64,000 nt of DNA from Candidatus Versatilivorator sp. (GCA_965207735.1 OZ242296.1:2048001-2112000); one strand, 5' to 3'; positions 1 through 11,000 are shown, counted from the stretch's first letter. The notes: generated from the sequence alone by a model not told the origin. Translations and numbers: made by a program.

Positions 1-621
1 GACCACGTCGCCGGTCAGGTAATAGGAAATGTCGGGATGGCTCGCCCGGGCCTCGGTGAGCAGGGCGTTGATATGATCGGTGATTTCGATCACCGCCAGG
101 TCCGAATTCTCGGGCAGCAGGAAATTGATGGCCAGCCCGCCCACGCGTCCGTCGGTCGAGACCAGACGCCCGGCCACTCCCACCTCCTCAAGCGCGATCG
201 ACTCGACGCGGGCCAGGTCGGGATCAGTCAATGAGGCGGCGTCCTCGACAAGCGGCCCGACCGCCAGGTCGTCCTCTCCGAAGGCCTCGCTGTGGGTATA
301 GTTCGTAAGCGAATCCACCCGGGTGGAGTGGGGCGTGCGCCATGCGGCTTCGGTCAAGGCCTCGATGGCTCCCAGGACCTCGCGTGTGAACACCGAGCCT
401 TCCCGCGGAGCCACGGCGATCAGGGCCGTATCGGACGAGGCGTAGGTGTTCCCCAGCGCATCGAGAGCCGCGAGTTGCGGGTTGTCTTCGCTGAACAGGT
501 TGCGGTAGTTGTTGGTGACGGTGATGTAAGGGGCGCCGGAGGCAAGGACCAACATGACGATCAGAGCGACTCCGACGACAAGCCACCGGCGGCGGAGAAT
601 TAGGTCTATGTATCGATCCAA
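1..621 (-). CDS. MMPL/RND-family exporter, 5' part (runs off window)
   Basis: Manual translation from TTG at 621: MDRYIDLILRRRWLVVGVALIVMLVLASGAPYITVTNNYRNLFSEDNPQL...WRTPHSTRVDSLTNY...YYLTGDVV. Typical MMPL N-terminal TM helix plus periplasmic loop; no stop before position 1. Confidence 0.8.
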   Translation of the reverse strand, partial: MDRYIDLILRRRWLVVGVALIVMLVLASGAPYITVTNNYRNLFSEDNPQLAALDALGNTYASSDTALIAVAPREGSVFTREVLGAIEALTEAAWRTPHSTRVDSLTNYTHSEAFGEDDLAVGPLVEDAASLTDPDLARVESIALEEVGVAGRLVSTDGRVGGLAINFLLPENSDLAVIEITDHINALLTEARASHPDISYYLTGDVV

Positions 622-857
622 TCGCACTACAGCACCCTGGGTCGCATTCTTGTGAGCGTTGCCTGAGCCGGCCTGCAGTCCGGACACACCCGCACGGTGC
701 CCATCTTATACCGACGACAGGTTAAACGGACTACCGAAATACGGACAAGCGGAAAAATGGGCCGATGGGTGTGATGGGGTGCGCCGATCAATCGGGGATC
801 GAAACACCCTCCCCGCCAGTGACAAAATCCAGAGGAGGCGGGATGCGGTCGCTTTCG

Positions 858-1955
858 CTACACGAACCGCACCAGCCTTACATTCAGCGTCCGAGTCGGA
901 CCACCGGCGGCCTTCCATTGGACCAGAATCGGGCTCTGGTAGGTGCCCCAGCCGATCTCGCCCACTCCTTCGCCCAGGCGGTCCAAAACCGGCAGGCTGA
1001 TCTCCCGCTTCATCCGCAGAAAATGGGCAAACGGAATCGCCAGCGCCCGGTTGACGAGCAACTCCACCACTGAACGCCGCACGCCTACCCGATCCACGAT
1101 CTCATTGAAGAGCTGCACGGCGTCGTACTGCGCATAGTTGAGGGCCTTGGTCGGGATGGCCCGGGGCGCCTGGATTGCCTCCTTGCCTATCCGCGCCATG
1201 AAACGTAGGGGATTTTTCAGCACTTCCCGAAGGTCGTGGGTCATCAGCAGCGTTTCGTACTCGTTGACGGTCAGGCCTGCGTGGCGCTCGTTCGCGGGGA
1301 GGGACACGTCGAAACGGCCGAATGACACTTGGTGTTCCTGCGCCAGCCTCTGTAGCTGGCTGATGAGGCCGATACGCGGGTCTCGCAGGTTCTGGGCGTC
1401 TATGGAGTGCGGCGACGCCGCCACCTGTACCTGCATCCGGGCGACCTCCTCCTCGTGGTTGTAGGCGATCACCGTCGTGCGCCGGCTCCGGGCGCCGCCC
1501 GTATGCACCCCGTCCAGCTCTACGAACCAAACCGGCTCGTCCCCCGCCAGCTCGTACGACGCGCAGTTCCGCAGGCCGCCCCCCATGAACATGAGGTGGG
1601 AGTCTGCGTTGAGTGGCTCGACGGCGCGCTGTGGGTCGGAGAGTTCGGTCCGCAAGTTGAGCTTGTCGTGGATGTAGCCGGCGTCGGGAGGAAAGAGCCG
1701 CTGGAAGACCTTGAGGTAATCCCGAATGTTGAGGCTGTCGTGTTCCAGCAGTTCCACCAGGCGCTGGTCCAGATAGCCGGCCGTGGTGTGGTCCGAGATG
1801 TAGAACTCCTTGGAATACCGGGTGAAGTCCGACCTGAACTCCTCTCTCAACCTGCGCCTGACATCGAACAGGCCAACGCGGAAAGTCGGCTTGATGCGCA
1901 GTGTGGCCTGGAAAGGCGCCCCTCCGATTTTGGTGTGCCGGTTTACCAGGATCAT
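858..1955 (-). CDS. Hypothetical protein with two tandem YjbQ/UPF0047-like domains
   Basis: 365-aa ORF. Motifs HTTAGY...NADSHL...WFVELDG, then HAGLTVNEYE...WGTYQSPILVQW, resemble the YjbQ signature motifs twice. Confidence 0.6.
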   Translation of the reverse strand: MILVNRHTKIGGAPFQATLRIKPTFRVGLFDVRRRLREEFRSDFTRYSKEFYISDHTTAGYLDQRLVELLEHDSLNIRDYLKVFQRLFPPDAGYIHDKLNLRTELSDPQRAVEPLNADSHLMFMGGGLRNCASYELAGDEPVWFVELDGVHTGGARSRRTTVIAYNHEEEVARMQVQVAASPHSIDAQNLRDPRIGLISQLQRLAQEHQVSFGRFDVSLPANERHAGLTVNEYETLLMTHDLREVLKNPLRFMARIGKEAIQAPRAIPTKALNYAQYDAVQLFNEIVDRVGVRRSVVELLVNRALAIPFAHFLRMKREISLPVLDRLGEGVGEIGWGTYQSPILVQWKAAGGPTRTLNVRLVRFV

Positions 1956-2154
1956 AGGCGGTCATCTCCCATGCTGTGCAGAGTGGTCTAAAAAGAATCG
2001 GTCACGACCTGTCCTCTGGAGGAATACTATCCCCCCATACAGAGGCGGAACCATGTGGCCCGCTACCCGGAACTTGGACGGTTAGAATATCAGAAATCCT
2101 GTTATCCCCAAATTCCTGGACAGATAACACCCACCATAGAGAGGACCAGCGCGG

Positions 2155-3977
2155 TCACCTGGCCGTCGCTGCCCCGCGGCTTGAGTTGGCACGCAGATAG
2201 ACAGCCATCAGTGCGGGCACGAGCAAGATCAGGATCCCGGTCGTAACCATGATTCCGACACCGAGAGAGGCCGCAAACGGGACCAGGAACTGCGCCTGGA
2301 TGGCCCGTTCGAGAATGAGCGGCGTGAAGCCGAGAAAAGTGGTCACCGAGGTCAGAATGATGGGACGGAAGCGCCCCTTGGCGCCATCGATGATGGCATT
2401 GGCTTCGCCGCCGGAAATCACGTTCTCGTCCACATCCGCGGTCACCGTCACCACGCGCTGACCGTCCTGCCGCCGGATCGACGGCGGCGACCTGCCCATT
2501 GTCATGGATGCCACCTGGCCGATCGGCACCTCTCCTCCCGACCGGGTGCGGATCAGGTAGCCCTCGACATCGGTGATCGCATCGCGCTCGCCGTCGGGCA
2601 GGCGTGCGTAGACCCGGATCTCTTCCCGGTCGCGCTGCATCCTCAACGCCTCCACGCCGAAGAAAGCCGCCCGCACCTGCCGTGCCATCTCCTCGACCGT
2701 GAGACCAAGCGTTCGCGCCTCCGGCAGCAACTCCAACTGAATCTCGCGGACGCCCGGCGTATGATCGGACCGAACATCGAAAACGCCCGCCACGCTGCGA
2801 AGGCCGGCAACCATCGAGTCTGCGACTTCCGACAGACGCTCCGGATCCGGATGCGACAGCACCGCCTCCACGGGACTGCCGAGATCGATGACCTCGCCGC
2901 TGAAGGCAATCCCCCGAACGTGGGGGAGAATCCCGACCTCCTCCCGCCAAGCCTGTACGATCGAGATAGCGGACATGTCCCGTTGCTGAGCACTTGAGAG
3001 CTTGAATTCGATAGTGGCGATGTTTGCTTGCGGATTCATGGTAGGGGTCGGGTTGAGCCCTCCCCCCTCCACGCGAGGTCTCTGGCCGACGGTGACACTC
3101 ACGCCGGACAGCAGAGAGGGAGTACCGTCCGGTCTGTCCCGGTCCAGGCGTTCCAGAACCCGCTTTCCCGCCCGTTCCAGTTCCATTGCCACCTGGTACG
3201 TCCTCGCGGCTGGTGTCCCGTCCGGCATTACGAGATTGGCGGTGACGAAGTCCCCCTCCACCACGGGGGCAAAGGTCGTCGGGACAATACCGGCCGGCAC
3301 CAGGGACAGGCTGACAACGAATAGGCCAACGACCCCCGCCACCACGACAGCGGGCCAGTTGGTCGTGAACCGCAACCATCGATCCAGGGGACCATTGACG
3401 AAGCTGTTCAACCCTCGATCCACGTAGTCTCGGATACGCGAGCAGAACCGATCCAGCAGGTTGGCCGGCACCCATTCCGGTCCGTGCAAGTGGGACAGGT
3501 GCTTCGGCAGTATCAGGAGCGCTTCGACCAGTGAGATCAGCAGCATGCTGATGACGATCACAGGCAGAGCGCTCCACACTTCTCCGATGCCCCCGGGAAT
3601 GAAGAGCAGGGGCGTGAAGGCCGCCACCGAAGTGAGAACCGCGAAGATCAACGCATTCTTGATCCGTCGCGTGCCCCGGATGGCCGCCGCCACTCCCGGC
3701 ACTCCCCGCATACGTTCGTAGTGGATGTGTTCGGCCACCACTATGGCGTCGTCGACAATGATGCCGATAGCCAGAACGAATGCGAACAGTGAGATGGTAT
3801 TGATGGCGAGGTTGGCCAGGCTTGCCGTTCCAAGGCCTCCAACGCCACCAGGCCGGCCGCCAAAATGACCACCATCAACAGATTGGCGGCAACGCGGTTG
3901 CTGGCCATGAAGGCAATGGGACCGCCGGGTTCCCCTTGGTGGAGGTCGGTTCGATTCATGGGCTGCACCTGGCACAC
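2155..3977 (-). pseudogene. AcrB/AcrD/AcrF-family RND permease with two large internal deletions
   Basis: N-terminus (MASNRVAANLLMVVILAAG..ERQAWPT) jumps out of frame to TM4 (LAIGIIVDDAIVVAEHI). Later DENVISGGEANA is joined directly to IIDGAKGRFRPIILTS. About 600 aa versus about 1030 aa for a normal RND permease. Confidence 0.8.
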
Positions 3978-4058
3978 GTCCGGGAGGCAAGGGGCACGCA
4001 GGCGAAAGAGTCGCTGCTGTCAGGTTGAACTTGAACTCTCATTTCAAGAGTGGCTGGG

Positions 4059-5525
4059 TCAATTTCCACGCTCCGCCTCAAGCATCACGGGAAGGAGAGC
4101 TCCCGGCGAACCCGGGGAGGCGTTGGGGTCAAATCCACCTCCCAGCGCCAAGTGGAGATCGATCCGATTATCCAGCAGGAGATGCTGGAGAGTCAGGATC
4201 TGGCTCTTCAGGTCGAGAATGCGCCGTTCCGTCTCCAACACCGTCATAACACTACCCTGACCATAACGATAGCGAAGCTGGGCCTGCTTGCGAGCCGCTC
4301 GGGCCTCGGCAGCCGATTCTTCCAGCTCACGCAACCGGTCTCGCAGCAGACTCTCGACCGAGAGAGCCGTCTCCACCTCGCCGAAGGCCTGCAGAACCGC
4401 GTCGGTATAGATCTCCAGGGCCTCCTCGGAGCGACTCCGGGCGACCTCGACCTGGCGTCTCAGGCGCCCTCCCTGAAAGATAGGCTGAACCAGGTTGCCC
4501 AGCAGGCTCCAGACGGCGTAGTTCCCATTCAACAGGCTCAGCAGCGAATCGGTGGCCGTTCCACCCGCGGTCGTGAGACTGAATCGAGGATGAAGATTCG
4601 CTTGAGACTGGACGATGCCTGCATCGGAGGCCAGCAGGCGGCGCTGGGCCGCAATGAGATCGGGCCGGCGGATCAGGAGCTGGGAGGGAAGGCCGGCTGG
4701 AACTTCGGCGGAAACCGAAGGGAGACTGTCTCCAACCTTCAAATCCCCGGCAGGATAGCGCCCGGCCAGAAGTTCGATCTGGAAGATGACGCGATCCAGT
4801 TGCTCGCGGCGAAGATGAACCAGCGATTCAGCCGCGGACACGTCCGCCAGGACCAAGCGCAATTGCAGAGCCGGTTGGAAACCTGCCTCGAAGCGGCTTT
4901 TGACCCACCGGGAGGTCGCCTTGTAGCTGGCCACCATCTCACGAGCCAAAGCCAGTTGATGATGTGCGACGGCGGCGGCGAACCAGGCCTTGGCGGTTTG
5001 GGCCGCCAAGGAATGCCTGACTGCCGCAAGGTCCGCTGACTGGGCGGAAGCCAGAGCGCCGGCCCGAATCTGACCGCTGCGGATTCTTCCCCAGAGATCT
5101 GCCTCCCAACTGATGTCCAACCCAACTCCCATGAGGGTGTAGGTGGCTTGCGGCACCCGTCCGGCAAAACCGGGCAGGGGCAGGCCGATGAAGTTCTGAC
5201 GCTGGCGGCTGCTGTTCAAGGCAAACCCCATGGACGGCACCAGGTCGGCGCCGGCCATCCGGGCTTCGTTGACTGCCGCCTCCAACCGGTCGGCGGCGGC
5301 CTGGAGTTGGTGATTGTTGCTCAGAGCCTCCTCGATCAGAGCATCCAACTGGGGATCCTGAAATTGTTTCCACCAATGGACGTCGACCGTTTCTTCCAGA
5401 GCCTTTCCCGAGTTCCAGACTGCCGGGACCTGTACTCTCGGCTGACGCTGGGGCGGAGCCGCAGAGCGATAGCACCCGGTTGATGGAAGAAGGGTGGTGA
5501 GCAGCAGAAGAGGAAGTAGCCTCAT
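4059..5525 (-). CDS. Efflux outer-membrane factor lipoprotein (NodT/TolC family)
   Basis: Lipobox-like STGC, WWKQFQDPQLDALIEEALSNN, SWEADLWGR, GLPSQLLIRRPDL, C-terminal LALGGG. Confidence 0.92.
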   Translation of the reverse strand: MRLLPLLLLTTLLPSTGCYRSAAPPQRQPRVQVPAVWNSGKALEETVDVHWWKQFQDPQLDALIEEALSNNHQLQAAADRLEAAVNEARMAGADLVPSMGFALNSSRQRQNFIGLPLPGFAGRVPQATYTLMGVGLDISWEADLWGRIRSGQIRAGALASAQSADLAAVRHSLAAQTAKAWFAAAVAHHQLALAREMVASYKATSRWVKSRFEAGFQPALQLRLVLADVSAAESLVHLRREQLDRVIFQIELLAGRYPAGDLKVGDSLPSVSAEVPAGLPSQLLIRRPDLIAAQRRLLASDAGIVQSQANLHPRFSLTTAGGTATDSLLSLLNGNYAVWSLLGNLVQPIFQGGRLRRQVEVARSRSEEALEIYTDAVLQAFGEVETALSVESLLRDRLRELEESAAEARAARKQAQLRYRYGQGSVMTVLETERRILDLKSQILTLQHLLLDNRIDLHLALGGGFDPNASPGSPGALLPVMLEAERGN

Positions 5526-5758
5526 TGCCTTGGCTGGTCCCGGATGGGACTCTGTGTCGGAAAGCCTGCCGCCGGAAACGAATCCAGGCGGTGAACCACC
5601 GTGCGCACCTCAGCGGACTCGGGGTTTCAGCCTCTTGGTTGACAGGGGCGCCCAGTCATTCCCGTAGATCGACCCGCCTATTTTGTCACCGGCAGGGGGA
5701 CTGTTTCAATCCCCGATTAAACGTGGCATCTCCGCCCAGCAGGCGACGAGTTGGCTGC

Positions 5759-5873
5759 TTACGCCTGCACGGCGCCGGGCAGGCCGCGGGCGACCGTCTT
5801 GAACAGGCGCTTCAAGGACGAATCCGACCGGACGAATACACTGGTCAAGACGATGAGGGCAGCCACGCTCATT
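5759..5873 (-). pseudogene. Orphan 3' tail of a second squalene-synthase paralog
   Basis: VAALIVLTSVFVRSDSSLKRLFKTVARGLPGAVQA* aligns with the C-terminus of the adjacent gene (WAAAILTSALVRSNPALNLLFKLFTRGLPGRAE). Confidence 0.7.
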
Positions 5874-6930
5874 CGCGACAGTCCGATGTTTCGGCCCTTC
5901 CGGGTAGACCGCGGGTAAAGAGCTTGAAGAGGAGATTCAAAGCCGGATTGGAACGCACCAGGGCACTGGTCAGGATGGCGGCTGCCCACACGGCGCGCCG
6001 CGAGACTTTGACCTCCCGCCCACTCCTGAACGTCGGCTTGCGGTATATGCGCCTCAGAGTCAGCACCGCGATTGCCAGAGGCCACAGGCAGGAACGGCGA
6101 ATGCCGGTTTCGTGGGTCGGCAGGCTGACGATGAAACGCAACCCGTTTGCCAAGTGGTTGTGCGTGATAGCCACCAGCTCGCGGAGGCCCTCGACGAAGG
6201 CCGGATCGGCCGTTCCTGGAGAGAGGGAGCCGAGTTCAAGCCCGGACGAGCGGAAGACGTCCCGCGGCAGCCAGCATACGCCGCGGCGCCGGTCCTCCCA
6301 CATGTCCTTGAGGATGTTGATCATCTGCAGCCCCTGACCGAAGGAGACCGACAGCGGCAACAGATCCTCGCGCCGTCTGTCGATCTCTTCGGAGTAATCG
6401 CAAAACAGCGCCGTCAGGGTTTCGCCGACCACCCCGGCCACGTGATAGCAATAGCGGTCCAACTGCGCCAGGTCCCGCAAGCCCTCGGTGCTGGCGTTTC
6501 GCTGAAACTCCACCATGCCGCGCGACATGGTCCGTACGCAACGGAGAATCGCATGGCGCTGCGCAAAGGTGAGGCGCCGAGTGATGCCAATCACCCGCGG
6601 GGTGTTGGCGACCAGATTCGCCTCATGATCGCTGGTTGATGAGGACAACAGGTGACCGAGCTCGCCGGCAAACGGGACGGGGTCGTCTCGGCCGGCCACG
6701 ATCTCGGCCAATCGCTTTGAGAAAGCCTGCTTTTGAGCCAGGGAAAGCGCCGGTTCATCTTCGATGGTGTCGGCAATCCGGCACAGGAGATAGGCGTTTC
6801 CCACCGCCTCGTACAGGTGGCGCGGCAATTGAGCAATCGTGAGCGCAAAGGTACGAGCAACCCCCTCGAGAACTTCCGTCTGGAAGGCGATGTCGCTCGG
6901 CTCCGAAGAACTCAAGTGGCTTGCGGCCAT
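5869..6930 (-). CDS. Squalene/phytoene synthase family protein (FDFT1-like single-enzyme squalene synthase type)
   Basis: ARTFAL, YLLCRIADTIEDE, LDRYCYHVAGVVG, GLQMINILKDMWED..RG.CWLP motifs. Confidence 0.9.
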   Translation of the reverse strand: MAASHLSSSEPSDIAFQTEVLEGVARTFALTIAQLPRHLYEAVGNAYLLCRIADTIEDEPALSLAQKQAFSKRLAEIVAGRDDPVPFAGELGHLLSSSTSDHEANLVANTPRVIGITRRLTFAQRHAILRCVRTMSRGMVEFQRNASTEGLRDLAQLDRYCYHVAGVVGETLTALFCDYSEEIDRRREDLLPLSVSFGQGLQMINILKDMWEDRRRGVCWLPRDVFRSSGLELGSLSPGTADPAFVEGLRELVAITHNHLANGLRFIVSLPTHETGIRRSCLWPLAIAVLTLRRIYRKPTFRSGREVKVSRRAVWAAAILTSALVRSNPALNLLFKLFTRGLPGRAETSDCRE

Positions 6931-6999
6931 GGTGATGCCGATTCCCTATGAGCGAAGCTGAAGACAGGCTGCTTCAGCAGGACTTGCTCAGCGACCCGG

Positions 7000-7868
7000 G
7001 TAGAGTCGAGGACTGGCGCGTTGACTATAGGGTCCGGTGGCTATTCCGTCGCTTTCGCTTCGGGCCTCAGTCCGGCTCCCTTATCACGTTTCCAGTCCCC
7101 GCTCTCCGAACCGGACGTGCGGTTTTCCCGCATCTCGGCTCTCCAGTGGGATCATGCGTCTCGCACACAGGTCCCCGCTCGCATCCGTGGACGACTCCTA
7201 TGGGATTGGCACCCGTCCCCCACTCCATCCACTTCCGCTCCCGGGTTGCCGCCAGGCCTGTTGATGCCCTGACGACGCCGTCCTCCTCCGACGACCCTTT
7301 CACTTTTGCATGTGATGCTTCCGGAGTCTCCGGCCCTTTTTTGGTCGGGGTTTCAGGCTTTCGCCACTCCCGGGACCCTTCCCCCTTCGGTCACCGCTCC
7401 TCACCTGAGGCCCCTTCCCTCCACCGGTATTACCCGGCTTCTCCGGTACTACAGGCCTCTCCGCCACCCTGTCGGCCTAGACTGACTCTCGCGAGCTTCC
7501 GGTTCGGTGCGTGCCTCACCACCCACAGGGCTTCCCATGTTGCTGCCTTCTTCCCCTTCCATGCGTGCCAGCGCCACTACCCCGGCGGGTCCAAAGGGGT
7601 GCCCGCGTCGCTCGCTTCCCCCTCCGTCTTCGGCCTTCCCCATTTCTCAGGTGGGTCGGCCCCCGCATTGCCCGTTTCGAGGCCTGCTCGACGTTCACTC
7701 GCGTTCCGGCCCGCATGCTCGCTGAACCGCCTTAAGCGGCCCTTTGACACCAGAGGGCTTCAGACCATATCGTTACCTCCATGATCCGCCCTGGCTGCTA
7801 CCAACCGGAGCGACAGTTGTTGGACGGGTTTCGCACCCGTTGGAAGAAGGCGCCTTTCCATGGCGCAC
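7000..7868 (-). mobile_element. ORF-less group II intron (IIB-like, ~869 nt)
   Basis: Minus strand starts GTGCG at 7868. Domain V GAGCCGAGATGCGGGAAAACCGCACGTCCGGTTCG (~7107-7142); domain VI ends CGACTCTAC at 7000. EBS1-containing TGAGAAATG (7641-7649) is complementary to the 5' exon end CATTTCTCA. No RT ORF. Confidence 0.88.
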
Positions 7869-8016
7869 TGAGAAATGCGGGTTGAGGGTCCGGATCTACC
7901 ATAGCAAGACCGAAACGGCGCCTGCAATCCTACACCCGTCAGACTCTGGCCACGAAGGGGCGGGAAGGGACCGGCGCTCAGCAATCCCGCGAGATGGAAG
8001 ATCTCTATCGGCCCCC

Positions 8017-11000
8017 CTACTGCCTTGCGGGTAGGTAAGCCCCGTCGCCGCTTCTCTCTCCGGGCGCCCCGCCGTCGTTGACCACCCCGTAGGCCAGGAA
8101 CGGGTTCTCTCCCGACACCTTCTCGATCCGGATATACCCCTGACGGGTCTCCGGGTTGGCTCTCAGCAGGATGCCGTCGATCTGATGCCAGCCCCGGGCC
8201 GGGATCGGCTTCGTCACCACCGTATCCACCAGCATCCCCGTCTCCCCGTCGTAGATCTCCAGGTGAAAGACGCTCTCGCTGCCGTCCACCTCCCCCGTGT
8301 TGACCAGCGCCAGGTTGCTGCGGTTCTCCTCGTTCTGCTGCAATCCCTCCACCCAGGCCTCCCGCGCGAAGGCCTCTCCTTCCGGAATCGCGTTGTAAAA
8401 GACGCTGTATTGTCCGTCCCCTCCCTTCGAGCCCGTCCTGGCTCCGATCACAATCCCGCTCAGGTCTCCCTCTTCGGCCGTGACGAACACCGGCCCCAGG
8501 TAAAAGCCCCGGCCCGTACCCAACCCCGCCACTCCCTGGCGCCGCAACTCCTCCACCACCTCGGGTACGATCGCCTGCTCGCCCCCTTCCAGCTCCATGC
8601 TGAAAGCAGCCGTCTTGTCGTCGGTCTTGACTTGCTCGCCCACAAACTCGAATTCCAGCCTCCTGGGCTCCTCGGAGAAGTTCGTCACCGTCAACTCGCT
8701 GGTGAACTCGCTCGTCTCCACAATCACAGGCAGGGTCTGGGCCATCTTCCCCTCCAGTGAACCCGCCGTCACCGGAAAGACGAACGACCCGTCCGAGTTC
8801 CCCTGGTCGTTGATCACCCCGTAGGCGTAGAAGGGCGCCTCTCCCTCCACACGCTCCACCTTCACGTAGCCGTTCTCCACACTGCCCAGCAGCCCCGAGT
8901 ACTGGTGAAACCCTCCCGGCTCCAGCGTTACATCGTCCAGCTCCCGGGGACTGGTGTCGGATGCCTCGCCCGAATACACCGTGGTCCTCAACGTGATCGC
9001 TCCCTCTTCTGAGGTCCCCATGTTCTGGAAGGCGACGTTCGAGCGGTCCTGGCTGTTCTGCCTGAGACCGCACAGATAGACCGCCTCCGTAAAACCCTCC
9101 TCCTCGGCCACCCCCAGGTAGGCCAGCCCCGCCCTTCCGTCTGGCACCAGCGTGGTGGTCCGCACCACCGCCTCCACCTCGGAGCCCAGTTTGACCTCCA
9201 CCCTCAATGTCCCGATCCGGTTCCCGGTTGCGGGGATCGGTACCCCCAGACCCCTCAGATAGTCCAGGGCGTCGGTCTCGATCTTCTGGCGACCTGCGTC
9301 GAGCCGGTCGGTGGCCGTGCCGCTTCCCCCACCTGCATCCGCCGTGTAGATGTAGTGGAGCGTGGCCTCTTCCATCCCACGGTTGGTCAGCGTCAGCTCC
9401 GAGGTGAAAAAGGAGTTGTTCCGCCCCGCCGAGGACAGGATCACCGGGACGAACAGCGACCCCGTTTCCTCCATCCCCGTCCTCCCTTCCCCCGGCTGCG
9501 ACCACTCACCCCTCCCCTCTTCGTTCACGGCCCTCACCTCCACCCGGTAGAGCGCCTCCTCCTCCAGGCCCGTCAGCGTCAACCTCAGTCCCGTCCCCTC
9601 ATGCCCCCCATCCCGGTAGCCTTCCTCTCCCTCCTCCCGGTAGCGCACCTCATAGCCGGTGATCTCAGGCCCTCGGTTCTCAGGCTCGGACCAGCTCACC
9701 GTCAGGCTGTCCGTGCCCTCAGCTCTCACCTCCGGAGCCGCCACCGCCCCCGGCGGCTCCTCCTCGTCCGTCACCCGCACCCGGATCGTCCGGCTCCTCC
9801 TCCGTTCCCTCTCTCCCTCCCCGCTCCTCGCCTCCACCACCACCACGTATTCGTTGTCCCCCGCTCCGCTTACCGGGTCGGTGCCGGCCGCATCGGCAGG
9901 CCTCTCGTAGTCCGGCGCCTCCGTGAAGCTCAGCTCTCCCGTCTGCTCAACTACCCTAAACAGCGCCCCGTCGGCTCCTCCCGCGATCCCGTAGCCGACA
10001 ACCTCGTCTCCCTCGTCGGAGTCCACCGCCTCCAGCCGCACTACCTTCGTCTGGTTCTCCACCACCTCGAACTGCCCCGGGCTGGTGATCTCCGGCCTCC
10101 GGTTCAGCTCGCTCAGCCGAAAGCTCCCCTGTCCCTGCAACGCGCCCCCGCAGCGGTAGCTGTAGCTGCCTGCTCCCACTCCGCTGAAGCTCATCCGCAG
10201 TTCGCACGACTCCCCCCCGTCGTAGTCCAGGCTCAGCTCTCCCGTCGTCCGGCTGGTGTAGCGGTACCGGTAGCTCCCCATGCGGGTCGCCGTCACTTCC
10301 CCCGCTGTGTCCAGCTCGCTCTCCTCGAACCGCAGCCCCCTCCAAACCTCACCTTCAGACTCCGCCGGCTTCCTCCAAACGGCGTCCACTCCAATCCGGC
10401 CTCTCCACCCTCCAGGTCCTCCGCCCGGAAGTTCGACCGATAGGCCGGGTCCAGAGGCATCACCGCCTCCACCGCCTCCGTCTCCCGTCCGTTGCCGATC
10501 TGGTTGACCCCACGCAACTCCAAGGCATAGACCGTCCCGTTGAGAAGCCCCATGAGGGTGTAGCCGGAAGCGTTGACCTCCCCGGGAGCGCTGTCCGGGA
10601 TGGGTGTCCACTCGCCGAACTCGCCCAGGCCTTCTTTCAGTCGGTACTCGTAGCGCAGGATCTCGGCGCCCCCGTCGCTTTCCGGCGGACTCCACGCCAA
10701 CCGCACCGCCCCGTCCCCAAGCGTCGCCGTCAGGGCTGCCGGCGCCTCCGGCGCAAACAGCAGGCCGCCACCTCCTCCTCCGCCGCCGGTGCCGGTGCCG
10801 GTGCCGGGCGGCGTTACCCCTTGCTCGGGTGTCGCCATCGCCGTTTCCACTCCCCCTTTCCCCAGGGCATTGACCGCCCGCACCTCGAAGACATACTCCC
10901 GGCCGTTGATCAGGCCTCCCACCGTCACCCCGCTCGACCCCGCTCCCACGCTTCCCCACTCGCTCCACGCCTCCCCGGTAGCCGCGTGCCGGTACTCGTA

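Noticed and set aside
5759-6000. DGR template/variable repeat pair
   Set aside because: Differences are not adenine-specific and are too numerous; no reverse transcriptase in the window.
6948-7784. 278-aa plus-strand ORF as intron-encoded protein
   Set aside because: It is antisense to the intron, has no RT motifs (no YADD) and is Pro/Ser-rich shadow translation.
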